DNA of 56,353 nt from an uncultured virus (IMG/VR IMGVR_UViG_3300002026_001292) (IMGVR_UViG_3300002026_001292), one strand, 5' to 3'; numbered from the stretch's first letter, positions 29,833 to 39,249 are shown. Notes: generated from the sequence alone by a model not told the origin. Numbers and translations: made by a program.

Positions 29833-30139
29833 TAAGAATTTCGAATATAAACCGTATGATCTTCCTGTAGTGAGGGCGACGGTTGATATAACATGTTCAA
29901 CAAATGATGAAATGAATTTTATATTTCATCATTTGGAATCGTTCAATATTGAAAAAGAATATAATGAATATAAAAAACATTTAGAAAACCAGCCTGATAT
30001 TGAAGCTGACCTATCAAAAAAGATTTTAGAAAATCTCTCAAAACATATGCAGAAATCAATCGAACCAGAAAAACCGATAGACGATATAATGGAGGTCGCT
30101 ATCTCTTCTAATCCTATCTCTAGTTTGGAACTAGATTAA
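29825..30139 (+). CDS. Hypothetical protein
   Basis: ORF ending SNPISSLELD, similar to the end of 7127-8059 (DNPICSLEL). Confidence 0.55.
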   Translation: MIDKNFEYKPYDLPVVRATVDITCSTNDEMNFIFHHLESFNIEKEYNEYKKHLENQPDIEADLSKKILENLSKHMQKSIEPEKPIDDIMEVAISSNPISSLELD

Positions 30140-30154
30140 TTTTAAAAATAATGA

Positions 30155-30183
30155 TTGACAACCATATCCTCTTATGATAATAT
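30155..30183 (+). promoter_or_regulatory. Sigma70-type promoter of the sigma factor gene
   Basis: TTGACA-N17-TAATAT. Confidence 0.6.
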
Positions 30184-30229
30184 CGCTCCAACGATTGAAT
30201 TAATTAGACGGAAGAAAGGACGATAAACG

Positions 30230-31117
30230 ATGAGCGATTTCAAAGATATCAAGGATTTACCATTATTAACTACTGAACGCGAGCGGGAATTGGGTATCAT
30301 AATTCGAAAAAACGACAGCAAATCCAAGAAAGATTTGGCATTAGTTGAATTAATCGAAAGTAATTTAAGATTGGTCGCTAAAGAAGCCATTAGATATTCT
30401 AGGGTTTCCAAAGCGTCTGTTGAAGAGTTATATAATGGGGGCAGAATAGGACTTATACGGGCTGCTTACGATTACGATCCAGAACAATTCAATACAAGAT
30501 TTTCAACTTACGCTACAATATGGATTCGTCGTGGCGTTCGGGATGTTGTATACGCAGAGTCGCCAGTAAAAGTTCCTATGAATGTAATCAATGGTTTGTA
30601 TCGGAAAAACAAAGCTCAAGGAGTTAATAAGTCTATTTCTAATGAAGATCTTAAAAAAGAGATAAATGTGACTGATGCACAGCTTGTTTTAATCGAAAAA
30701 GCTAATGTTACTTCTATATCTTTAAATATGACATTGGATAACGGTAAGGGTGATAATGTCGCTACTCTTGCAGATTTAATCGCTGATGAAAACGCGAAGA
30801 TTCCAGGTGAAAGTGACATGTGCGATCCTCGTTATGATTTCTTGGAAGAGGCTATGAATGAACTGGATGAAGTAAGCAGAGATATTATTAATTCTCAAAT
30901 TGTCGCTGATGAAAAAGTTGTTTTATATACATTGGCGGAAAAACATGGTATTACTTCTGAAAGAGTAAGGCAGATAAGAGAAAAAGCACTTTCGACTTTG
31001 AAGAAGAAAATTGTTTGCAAAATGAGTTCAAAAGGTTATACGCCGACTAAAGATATGTTGAAAGAGTTGAGTCCTAAAAAGAAGAAAACAAAAAAGCTTG
31101 ACTTGAAGAGTTCTTAA
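30230..31117 (+). CDS. RNA polymerase sigma-70 family factor (RpoD/RpoH-like)
   Basis: Region 1.2 LLTTEREREL, region 2 SNLRLV...GLIRA..YDP...RFSTYATIWIR, region 4 ITSERVRQIREKAL. Confidence 0.92.
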   Translation: MSDFKDIKDLPLLTTERERELGIIIRKNDSKSKKDLALVELIESNLRLVAKEAIRYSRVSKASVEELYNGGRIGLIRAAYDYDPEQFNTRFSTYATIWIRRGVRDVVYAESPVKVPMNVINGLYRKNKAQGVNKSISNEDLKKEINVTDAQLVLIEKANVTSISLNMTLDNGKGDNVATLADLIADENAKIPGESDMCDPRYDFLEEAMNELDEVSRDIINSQIVADEKVVLYTLAEKHGITSERVRQIREKALSTLKKKIVCKMSSKGYTPTKDMLKELSPKKKKTKKLDLKSS

Positions 31118-31162
31118 TGATATTCTATTGATAGTAAATGATTAATAGAAAGGTGGTTTAAC

Positions 31163-32146
31163 ATGGACGGCAAAATTGAATTGATTACGGGTTTAGATAA
31201 AGTTATAGACATTGTGCCGAATTTTGACAAGGTTATTGGACAGGATTCTGCATTGAAAAAACTGTCATTTTTTATTGAAAATCATAGTTGTGAAAATCCT
31301 ATCCCAACTTTATTGTTCATGGGGTCTCATGGTCTTGGTAAAACGTATGTTGCAGAAAAGATAGCCAAGAACATGAACCGCAATTTTGTTGAGATTAACT
31401 GTGGTGTACTTGAGACTGAAAAAGACTTTATTGAGGGGGTTTTGTTCGGGCAAGTATTGGGGAATAAGCCAGTAACTTTATTTTTTGACGAATCGCACTG
31501 TTTGAATTCAGAGATTACGACGATTCTTTTATCTTTACTTAATCCATCTTCTTCTATGAAAAATGAGCTTCGGTATAAGAACTGGACTATTTTGTTTGAT
31601 ATGTCTAAAATAAATGTTATATTTGCTACTACAGACGCCCATAAAATGTTTGGACCATTAAAGAATAGATGTCAAGAAGTATATTTTGAATCTTACGATA
31701 TAGACGCTCTTATGGACATGCTAGAGTTGTATTGCCCCGATATAAAGTTCAATTGCGACAGGAACTCTCTGGCAGAAGCTTGTCGTGGTAGAGGTCGTAA
31801 TGCGTTTGTATTGGCTCAAAACATCAATAGATATTTCAGTAAGAGAGATTCAAATCATTTAGATTTATGTGAGAAGGATTGGGATAATTTGAAATCTATC
31901 TTTGAAATTTATCCATTGGGGCTGAATCGTCAAGAAGTTGAACTTTTGCAAATTATTTATGAACAAGGTCCAATTTCTTCTGCAAATATAGCATTGACAA
32001 TGATGGTAAATACTGATAACATAGAGTCGGAAATTGAGATTCGTCCAAGAGAGCTAGGATTGGTTAAAAGTTCTTCTCGTGGTAGAATGTTGAGCGAAAA
32101 AGGTATAATGTATGTCGAGAGTAATATTAACAAGAAAAGGAGATAA
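31163..32146 (+). CDS. ruvB: Holliday junction branch-migration helicase RuvB-like
   Basis: F..VIGQ, GSHGLGKT, FFDESH, ATT, PLKNR, RG.GR, C-terminal GL..GP...SRGR winged helix. Confidence 0.8.
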   Translation: MDGKIELITGLDKVIDIVPNFDKVIGQDSALKKLSFFIENHSCENPIPTLLFMGSHGLGKTYVAEKIAKNMNRNFVEINCGVLETEKDFIEGVLFGQVLGNKPVTLFFDESHCLNSEITTILLSLLNPSSSMKNELRYKNWTILFDMSKINVIFATTDAHKMFGPLKNRCQEVYFESYDIDALMDMLELYCPDIKFNCDRNSLAEACRGRGRNAFVLAQNINRYFSKRDSNHLDLCEKDWDNLKSIFEIYPLGLNRQEVELLQIIYEQGPISSANIALTMMVNTDNIESEIEIRPRELGLVKSSSRGRMLSEKGIMYVESNINKKRR

Positions 32147-32148
32147 AA

Positions 32149-32745
32149 ATGATAACAGCAGCAATTGAGGATATTATGGCAGATACAATCGTTTCTTTTT
32201 GTGAGAACGCTGCTCAGTTGGGTTGCCCTATGTATATGGATGTTGATATGTGGTTCCGAGAACTATCTATAGAAGAACGTCGTGAAGTAATGCGTAAACT
32301 TATCGAAATCAAAGAATCTTTTATTGAACAAGAGTTTGAATCAAATATTTGCAATGGATATTGTGACTGCGACGGTTCTTGTGGAGATAATTGTAAGTGC
32401 AAGCATGAACATGTTGAGATGGATGAACCTAATGAAGATAAAGTTTTCCTGATGCATGAGATCGAATTTGAATTGGAAGAAGATTTGGTCGAATTTATGA
32501 TTGATTTAGCAAGGTCTAAGATAGTAAATGACCGTGATGAATTGATCAATTATGGTATCAATTATGCTTTAAAGGAAATTATTAAAAGCAAAGAAGAATA
32601 TCCATATAACTATGCAATGATAATGGAAGATCATTCTATATGGGAAGGACAGGCGGAAACTCCTCTGGAAGCTGCTTTTAACGCAAGTCAAGAAACAGGT
32701 AAAATGCCAATGTATTTTATGTCGAACGAAAGATGGGATGTGTAA
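32149..32745 (+). CDS. Acidic hypothetical protein with Cys cluster
   Basis: CNGYCDCDGSCGDNCKC; AAGGAG SD. Confidence 0.6.
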   Translation: MITAAIEDIMADTIVSFCENAAQLGCPMYMDVDMWFRELSIEERREVMRKLIEIKESFIEQEFESNICNGYCDCDGSCGDNCKCKHEHVEMDEPNEDKVFLMHEIEFELEEDLVEFMIDLARSKIVNDRDELINYGINYALKEIIKSKEEYPYNYAMIMEDHSIWEGQAETPLEAAFNASQETGKMPMYFMSNERWDV

Positions 32746-33943
32746 AATGTTAAAGGTGCAAGAATATTTAAAAGAACATGGATTAGAAAAACTAAAATCA
32801 GAGTTTTTCATTGGAGTGACAGACTATCCTGATTTTGTTGTTTTGAATTACAACCAAATAACATCCCCCCGATTTAATCCAATTGTAGATGAATGTCGAG
32901 CTTTAATCCTAGAAAAAGGAACGTGGAATGTACTATGCCGTTCATTTGACAGATTCTATAACTGGCAAGAATCCGTTTCCGACACCAGTAATCTTACACT
33001 TCAAAAAATTGCATCTTTAAACGATGAATTTAAGGAGTTTGACATTCTTAAGGCATTGGTACAATCAAAAATCGACGGGTCATTATTATCGATGTGGAAT
33101 TATAAAAACCAGTGGAATGTTTCAACTAGAAAAATGGGTTATGGCGAAGGTCCAACGTCATTAGGAAATACTTTCTCTGAATTGTTCTGGAGCATTGCCA
33201 ATCAATATAATTTGAAAACTAAATTAGATGAAGAAGGGATGAGTGGTTTTACTGTTGTATTTGAGTTGGTTAGTCCTGAAACTCGTATCGTAACCCCATA
33301 TGAAAATAAAGAAATTACTTTAATAGGCGCAAGAAACAATTGTGATGGACGTGAATTTTCTTCTGCTGAATTGGATCGTCTTGCAAATGTATTAGGAGTA
33401 AAACGGCCAGAATCATTTAAAATTGACAGTTTGAATGCCTTATTTGAACTTGTTAATGGAATGCCTTGTATGGAAGAGGGCGTTGTATTGGTGATTGAGA
33501 ACGGTTCTGGTTCGCATTGGAGAGTTAAAGTAAAAAACGCTAAATATCTTGCAATTGCACATCTGCGTAACAATAGTAATATGTCTCCAAAACGAATATT
33601 GACATTGATTAAAGAGAATGAACAATTCGAGTACCTCCGCTACTTTCCTGGCGACCAGAAATATTTCGATTTAGTTGAATCCGAATATCGAGAGTCAGTG
33701 GAACGTATCAATGAGATATGGGATAAGGTTAAACATATTGAGAATCAAAAGGAATTCGCATTAACTATGATTCCTCTTACTAAGTTCTCGTTTGAAAAAG
33801 GTTTGATGTTCTCTGCACGTAAGAATGGAACTACGATTGAACAGGAAATGAAAAATATTGATGTTAAGAATCTTGAAGAGTCTATGGATTTGAAAAATAA
33901 ATTCATTAAGGAATTCGGCATAAAAATAGAAGAAGAGGAGTGA
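32738..33943 (+). CDS. T4 Rnl1-like RNA ligase
   Basis: ECRALIL, FDRFYN, motif I KIDGSL, FELVSP..RIV..Y, EGVV, VKVKN..Y. Confidence 0.88.
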   Translation: MCKMLKVQEYLKEHGLEKLKSEFFIGVTDYPDFVVLNYNQITSPRFNPIVDECRALILEKGTWNVLCRSFDRFYNWQESVSDTSNLTLQKIASLNDEFKEFDILKALVQSKIDGSLLSMWNYKNQWNVSTRKMGYGEGPTSLGNTFSELFWSIANQYNLKTKLDEEGMSGFTVVFELVSPETRIVTPYENKEITLIGARNNCDGREFSSAELDRLANVLGVKRPESFKIDSLNALFELVNGMPCMEEGVVLVIENGSGSHWRVKVKNAKYLAIAHLRNNSNMSPKRILTLIKENEQFEYLRYFPGDQKYFDLVESEYRESVERINEIWDKVKHIENQKEFALTMIPLTKFSFEKGLMFSARKNGTTIEQEMKNIDVKNLEESMDLKNKFIKEFGIKIEEEE

Positions 33944-33949
33944 AATGGA
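33914..33949 (+). repeat. Imperfect direct repeat, copy 1 (3' end of RNA ligase plus next start)
   Basis: ttcggcataaaaatagaagaagaggagtgaaatgga resembles 34526-34558. Confidence 0.75.
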
Positions 33950-34517
33950 AAATGTAAGTTTGAAGAAATTAAACGAATTAAAAGATAGTTTGCAAAAAGA
34001 TATCGAGAGGACGGTTGATGAATTGTACAAAGATGTGGAAGTTGTTCGATTAGGTAAAGAATTAAGCGTTGCCGAAAAAAAATATGACGAATTGATTCTA
34101 AAAAAGCAAAAAGAGATGGTTGCGACATTACAAGAATCTTTGGATAAAATAGAGCGAAACATAAAGGAACTAAAAGATTCTATTGCTGATAAGTATGCTC
34201 CTACAGGAAAAATAAAAGAGATACTTGATAGATGTATGTGTGGCGTGGATTGGGGCTCTTCAAAACCGTTTTCTATAAAGTGGGTTTCCGAGGATGAACG
34301 ATTTTTTATTGTTACTCAAAAAGGGCATAATGGGTGGGCTGGAAGAGGATGTACTAGTTATGAACCATCCTATCATTATTTGATCGATATAAATAAGGAC
34401 AATAAAAATAAGAGAGGATACGATTTATTAAATTTTATTAAAGTCGGACTAGAAGTAAATGGCAGATTAACAAAAGAGAAGCAAGAAGAACTTATTAAAA
34501 AAACAGTAGGAATTTGA
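33945..34517 (+). CDS. Hypothetical protein, N-terminal coiled coil
   Basis: 190-aa ORF with GAGGAG SD. Confidence 0.65.
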   Translation: MENVSLKKLNELKDSLQKDIERTVDELYKDVEVVRLGKELSVAEKKYDELILKKQKEMVATLQESLDKIERNIKELKDSIADKYAPTGKIKEILDRCMCGVDWGSSKPFSIKWVSEDERFFIVTQKGHNGWAGRGCTSYEPSYHYLIDINKDNKNKRGYDLLNFIKVGLEVNGRLTKEKQEELIKKTVGI

Positions 34518-34525
34518 TAAAAGTC

Positions 34526-34558
34526 TTCGGAATAAAAGTTGAAGAGGAGTGAAATGGA
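34526..34558 (+). repeat. Imperfect direct repeat, copy 2
   Basis: ttcggaataaaagttgaagaggagtgaaatgga encodes FGIKVEEE*, versus FGIKIEEEE* at the ligase end. Confidence 0.75.
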
Positions 34559-35069
34559 TATTATAATTTGTAATACATGCAACGGCAAGATAAAAGTTCC
34601 TATGAAATTTTATGGCAATGAGTGTGAATGCCCGTATTGTAATGCGTCAATAAGTCTGCAAAATAAAACAACAACTAATGCAATCCTTATTTCAATTTTC
34701 ACTTCTCATAAGAAATTTATTGTGTCCGCTATCGTTATTTTAACTTTTATTGCTATGGCGTATACTGGTAATAATTCAAATTGTCCTGTTGATGATGAAT
34801 CTGTTGCTACAGTTGAATCGTCCGGTATTGTAAATAAACGGTCAATTGCAAGAGAAGACATCATTAATAATATTTCTAAAATTATGATAGCAGCAGGCGT
34901 TAACCCGACAAAAGCTCGCCAAGATTCAATATCGCAAGCAGATAGATGCATCGCAATAGCCAGAAAATCAGGAGAGGATATAACATATGTAGTTAATCTA
35001 TGGTTGGTTTGGATTGGTTCTGGCAACGAAAATGCGTTAAATGAGTTGGAAAGATTAAGCAAAAGATAA
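34554..35069 (+). CDS. Zn-ribbon plus single-TM membrane protein
   Basis: CNTC...CPYC followed by FIVSAIVILTFIAMAY. Confidence 0.65.
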   Translation: MDIIICNTCNGKIKVPMKFYGNECECPYCNASISLQNKTTTNAILISIFTSHKKFIVSAIVILTFIAMAYTGNNSNCPVDDESVATVESSGIVNKRSIAREDIINNISKIMIAAGVNPTKARQDSISQADRCIAIARKSGEDITYVVNLWLVWIGSGNENALNELERLSKR

Positions 35070-35203
35070 AAATCGTAGGACTAACTAAATGTCGATTAAC
35101 GAAATGGAATTATACGAATGAATAAAAAATAGTTTGTTTTTGATAAACTATAAAAATTAAAATAAAGGAATTTCTTGACGTTTTCTTGTATAATATAGTG
35201 TAT

Positions 35204-35337
35204 GGGAACCGCCAAGTTCGTAACAATAAATAAATTTCAAAGTCCTTTAGTGATGTTTAGCTTGAACTTGGCGGTTCTATTAACATCGCTTTAGGACTTT
35301 GTTTTTAGGAGATTAGTAGAAAATGAGAACCGCCAAG
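35204..35337 (+). promoter_or_regulatory. Structured leader / antisense-switch RNA
   Basis: 20-bp stem 35238-35257/35282-35301; its loop (gaacttggcggttct) is complementary to 35206-35219 and to 35326-35337. Confidence 0.75.
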
Positions 35338-35532
35338 AAAAAAGATACACAAGAATTAGGTTTGAGAGCAATGTTGGACAAAATAAGAGAAAATCATATA
35401 GATATTGTTCCAATTATTCAAAATGAGTTGAAAGTAATTGTTTTTGATTGCATAAAGGACGTTATAACGGGCATTTATTGTGCGATTGAAGAAAATTACA
35501 ATATACAATGCGAGATCCAAAATGGGCAATAA
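35323..35532 (+). CDS. Small hypothetical protein
   Basis: AGGAG SD; start region is the antisense target. Confidence 0.55.
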   Translation: MRTAKKKDTQELGLRAMLDKIRENHIDIVPIIQNELKVIVFDCIKDVITGIYCAIEENYNIQCEIQNGQ

Positions 35533-36493
35533 ATTAACTGATGCAAATAGATTGTCTATTAAATATCCAGATATAGCAAAAGAATGGCATCCTGTTAAAA
35601 ATTATCCTTTGAATCCATGTCAAGTAAGTTGTGGTAGTGCTAAAAAAATATGGTGGCAGTGTTCGAAGTGCGGGCATGAATGGCAGGCTCGCGTTTATAC
35701 AAGAAAAAGTGACAGTGGGTGCCCTTTATGTTCTGGAAGATTTGTCCCTGAAAATAAACGTTTATGGAAAACTCATCCAGAATTATCGGCAGAATGGGAT
35801 TTTGATAAAAACGGGTCTTTGACGCCCAAGAATATATCTAAAGGTAGCTCTAAAAAGATATGGTGGAAATGTAAAAACGGTCATGAATGGGAAGCCACTC
35901 CAAATGTTAGAACTTTTCAAAATACAGGTTGCCCATATTGCAATAGCTCTAGATTAAGTAAAGAGAACAATCTGGCAGTACAACATCCTAATTTATCAAA
36001 AGAATGGAATGTAACAAAAAATAATAACTTGACTCCTTACGATGTGACGCCGTTAACTAATAAGGTTGTATGGTGGAAATGCCATAAAGGGCACGAATGG
36101 AAGGCTAGAGTATCTCATAGAAGTAGGTGTTCATCAAATTGTCCGTATTGTTCAAAAATAGAGCTTATTGATGGAACTTTTTTCCATTCTCAAGTTGAGG
36201 CGTTTTGGTATCTCATGTTTAAGGATTTAAAAATGGAATTTAAACACGATCTTAGATACAAAAAAGAAGGCATAGGGATAGGGCGTTGTCGATATGATTT
36301 TTATTTTCCAAAAGACAACGTATACGTAGAAGTAACATCATACACCAAACAGTGCAAATATTGGAATAGGTATATTGAAAGAATACAAAAAAAGAAAAAT
36401 TATGTAGAAAATATATTGAAAAGTCGATTTTGTTTTGTACAGTATTTTATGACAACAGAGGACATTAAATATTTAAAAAAATATATAAAATAG
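35522..36493 (+). CDS. Zn-ribbon repeat (DUF4379-like) protein with C-terminal PD-(D/E)XK-like nuclease; putative homing endonuclease
   Basis: Three P.L..EW...KN...WW.C..GHEW.A....R...CP.C repeats; RYDFYFPKDNVYVEV. Confidence 0.8.
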   Translation: MGNKLTDANRLSIKYPDIAKEWHPVKNYPLNPCQVSCGSAKKIWWQCSKCGHEWQARVYTRKSDSGCPLCSGRFVPENKRLWKTHPELSAEWDFDKNGSLTPKNISKGSSKKIWWKCKNGHEWEATPNVRTFQNTGCPYCNSSRLSKENNLAVQHPNLSKEWNVTKNNNLTPYDVTPLTNKVVWWKCHKGHEWKARVSHRSRCSSNCPYCSKIELIDGTFFHSQVEAFWYLMFKDLKMEFKHDLRYKKEGIGIGRCRYDFYFPKDNVYVEVTSYTKQCKYWNRYIERIQKKKNYVENILKSRFCFVQYFMTTEDIKYLKKYIK

Positions 36494-36571
36494 TTCTTGA
36501 TTCTATACGATATTTATTTATAATGATAGATATAGATTAGATATTTAGATTTACTTAACAAGGAGAGCATT

Positions 36572-37366
36572 ATGAGAAAAATACATTTATTGGGCATTGA
36601 TTGTCAAAATGACTTTGCAGATCCAAAAGGCAGTTTGTTTGTCGATGGAGCTGACAAAGATATGGAATCGCTTGCAAAATTTATTGTAAGAGTGGGAAAT
36701 CGAATAGACAGAATACATATGACTATTGATTCGCATCATGCATTTCAAATTTTTCATCCTTCGTTTTGGATTGATTCTAATAATGAGCACCCGAATCCAT
36801 TTACTATAATAAGCGTTGATGATGTAGTCTCAAAAAGATGGAGTACGGCGATTAAGGATCTTCAAAGTAAAGGCGAGGAATATATAAAAAACCTTGAGAA
36901 TAAAGGACGATATCCACTAATTATTTGGCCTTACCATACCATTGTTGGATCTTGGGGGTATTCAATTTATCCAAGCGTTTCTGACGCAATTATAAAATGG
37001 GAAAAAGAGACTAAAAAAACAGTTAATTATTGTCCAAAAGGGGATTTTTATCTTTCTGAACACTATGGGGCTTTTGAGGCAGAAGTTCCTTCGTTGGAAG
37101 ATCCGAATACGATGTTAAACAAACCTTTTTTGGAAACTTTGAAAGAAGCGGATGAATTGTTGATATCTGGAGAGGCATTGAGCCATTGCGTCAAATCAAC
37201 GGTAGAGCAAATTGCCGATAATTTGGGCGAAGACTATATTAAAAAGTTCATTTTTTTAGAAGACACGTCTAGTAGTGTAAATGGATTTGAAAAAAACGGA
37301 ATAGATTTTATTAATGCGATGGTTAACCGAGGGATGAAGGTCATTAAATCAACCGACTATGTTTAG
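36572..37366 (+). CDS. pncA: Nicotinamidase/isochorismatase-family cysteine hydrolase
   Basis: IDCQNDF..P.GSL.V.GA, DSH, IWPYH...GSWG, KG, GEALSHCV. Confidence 0.85.
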   Translation: MRKIHLLGIDCQNDFADPKGSLFVDGADKDMESLAKFIVRVGNRIDRIHMTIDSHHAFQIFHPSFWIDSNNEHPNPFTIISVDDVVSKRWSTAIKDLQSKGEEYIKNLENKGRYPLIIWPYHTIVGSWGYSIYPSVSDAIIKWEKETKKTVNYCPKGDFYLSEHYGAFEAEVPSLEDPNTMLNKPFLETLKEADELLISGEALSHCVKSTVEQIADNLGEDYIKKFIFLEDTSSSVNGFEKNGIDFINAMVNRGMKVIKSTDYV

Positions 37367-37389
37367 TAGACATTTTAAAGGGTAAAAAT

Positions 37390-37761
37390 ATGCTAGTTAC
37401 ATTAGAACAAGTACAAGAAAGAAAAGAACCAATCGATTGCTGTGGACTTAAAGCAAGAAGAAAGGATGAAAGCACTTGGATTGTATGGTGCGAAGAATAC
37501 GATGATATGGAATTCGATATGAGCGAGACAGATCTAAAAGATTTTTTAAATGAGTCTCAAGGGAAGAGATATCGCAAATGTATCGCTTGGCGTGTTTGTG
37601 CTGGGAACGGATATGCTTGCTTTGAAATGTGTGATGAATGGCAAAGAAATAAATGTACTGAACAGCAAGACAAAGATAGGGCTTACAAAGAAGTGAGCGG
37701 GAAAGCCTACGAACTTCAGCCGCAGGATGAAAGCGAACAATTTAAAAAATATATTTACTAA
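37390..37761 (+). CDS. Hypothetical Cys-rich protein
   Basis: 123-aa ORF. Confidence 0.55.
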   Translation: MLVTLEQVQERKEPIDCCGLKARRKDESTWIVWCEEYDDMEFDMSETDLKDFLNESQGKRYRKCIAWRVCAGNGYACFEMCDEWQRNKCTEQQDKDRAYKEVSGKAYELQPQDESEQFKKYIY

Positions 37762-37800
37762 AAAGAAGGAGTTTTAGTAAATATATTGTATAATAAAGAT

Positions 37801-38928
37801 ATGAAAGCAATTAAAGTTAGAATTTATCCTAAAAAATGGCAAAAGGAACTAATAGAAAAACACTTTGGATGTTGTCGTTTTGCATATAACTTTGGATTGG
37901 AAAAGAAAATTAAAACATATTCAGAAACTCAAAAATCTATGAGTATATTCGCAATCCAAAAAGAAATACCATTATTGTACGAAAAGAAACCTTGGCTAAA
38001 AGAAATTAATTCTCAGTCATTACAACAATCTTTAGGTGATTTGGATTCGGCGTTTTCGCATTTCTTTAAGAAAAATAACAGTTTCCCTAAATTCAAGTCA
38101 AAACATAATCCAAAACAATCGTTCAGAGTTCCACAACATTTTAAAGTAAGTAAAGATAAAAAATCAATTAAAATACCTAAGCTAAAGTGGATTGGTTTTA
38201 GAGATAAATTCAACATTCCTCAAGACGCTGAATTTAGGAATATAACAATATCAAGAGATGGTAATCAATATTTTGCATCACTCGGTTATAACTGTAAAAA
38301 AGAAATTGAAAACCAAAAAACTATAGATGACAATTCAGCACTGGGTATTGATTTAGGAGTTAAAACTTTTGCTAATTTTTCTGATGGAACAAAAATAGAA
38401 AATCCAAAACACTTCAAAAAATACGAAGAGAAATTAGCATTAGAGCAGCAGAAACTATCTAAAAAAGAAAATAAGGAAACAAAATCATATAAAAAACAAA
38501 AACAAAAAGTACAAAATGTATATAGAAAAATAAGAAACACAAGAAAAGATTTTCTCCATAAATTAAGTACAAGTCTAGTTGATAATCAAAACTGGAATAC
38601 GTTTGTTATGGAGGATTTGGCGACTAAAGAACTCATTCAGAATAATTCATCTAATATGTCGAAGGCAATAGGAGATGCAGGATGGAGAATGTTTTCTAAT
38701 ATGATGAAATATAAAACCGAAGATAACGGTAAAAATTTCATTATGATTGGAAGATTTGAACCATCTAGTAAATTATGCTATTGTGGAACGAAAAATGATG
38801 AATTGACTTTGAATGATAGAATATGGACTTGTAAGATTTGCGGAATAGTCCATGACAGAGATGAATTAGCTGCCAATAACATTAAGAATTTTGGTATAAT
38901 AAAAGTACGGGCAAGTGCTTTAGCGTAA
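37801..38928 (+). CDS. tnpB: TnpB RNA-guided endonuclease (IS605/IS1341 type)
   Basis: HTH_OrfB N-terminus KVRIYP...FGCCRFAYN, FPKFKSK, GIDLGVK, MEDL, PSSKLC.CG...CKICG..HDRD..AANNI. Confidence 0.95.
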   Translation: MKAIKVRIYPKKWQKELIEKHFGCCRFAYNFGLEKKIKTYSETQKSMSIFAIQKEIPLLYEKKPWLKEINSQSLQQSLGDLDSAFSHFFKKNNSFPKFKSKHNPKQSFRVPQHFKVSKDKKSIKIPKLKWIGFRDKFNIPQDAEFRNITISRDGNQYFASLGYNCKKEIENQKTIDDNSALGIDLGVKTFANFSDGTKIENPKHFKKYEEKLALEQQKLSKKENKETKSYKKQKQKVQNVYRKIRNTRKDFLHKLSTSLVDNQNWNTFVMEDLATKELIQNNSSNMSKAIGDAGWRMFSNMMKYKTEDNGKNFIMIGRFEPSSKLCYCGTKNDELTLNDRIWTCKICGIVHDRDELAANNIKNFGIIKVRASALA

Positions 38929-38933
38929 GCTTA

Positions 38934-38967
38934 GAACCCCACGAGCTTTAGTCGTGGGAGTATGTCA
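38934..38967 (+). mobile_element. IS200/605 right end (omegaRNA 3' scaffold)
   Basis: cccacga-gctttag-tcgtggg hairpin followed by agtatgtca, just after the tnpB stop. Confidence 0.8.
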
Positions 38968-39006
38968 GAAAGACAGTATGGCTAACAAAAACAAAAAAGG
39001 AGAAAA

Positions 39007-39249
39007 ATGAAAGAAGTAACAGAACAAAATATAAAAACGCCATTGCAAATTGCTAGCGTTTCCGATTCTATTGTGGTTGTAAGGGTTGGCACTGATGAAC
39101 GACCTGCTGCACAAGAGGATATTGACTATATTAAAAAGGAGTTCTCTAATGCGATAAAAGAAGGAGAATCAGTAATATTCACCCATCACGCTATTGATTT
39201 CGTAGTTATACCAAAATTGTTAATTGGTAACGTTGTCGTCAAAAGTTGA
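39007..39249 (+). CDS. Hypothetical protein
   Basis: AAGGAG SD; VRVGTDERPA motif. Confidence 0.65.
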   Translation: MKEVTEQNIKTPLQIASVSDSIVVVRVGTDERPAAQEDIDYIKKEFSNAIKEGESVIFTHHAIDFVVIPKLLIGNVVVKS

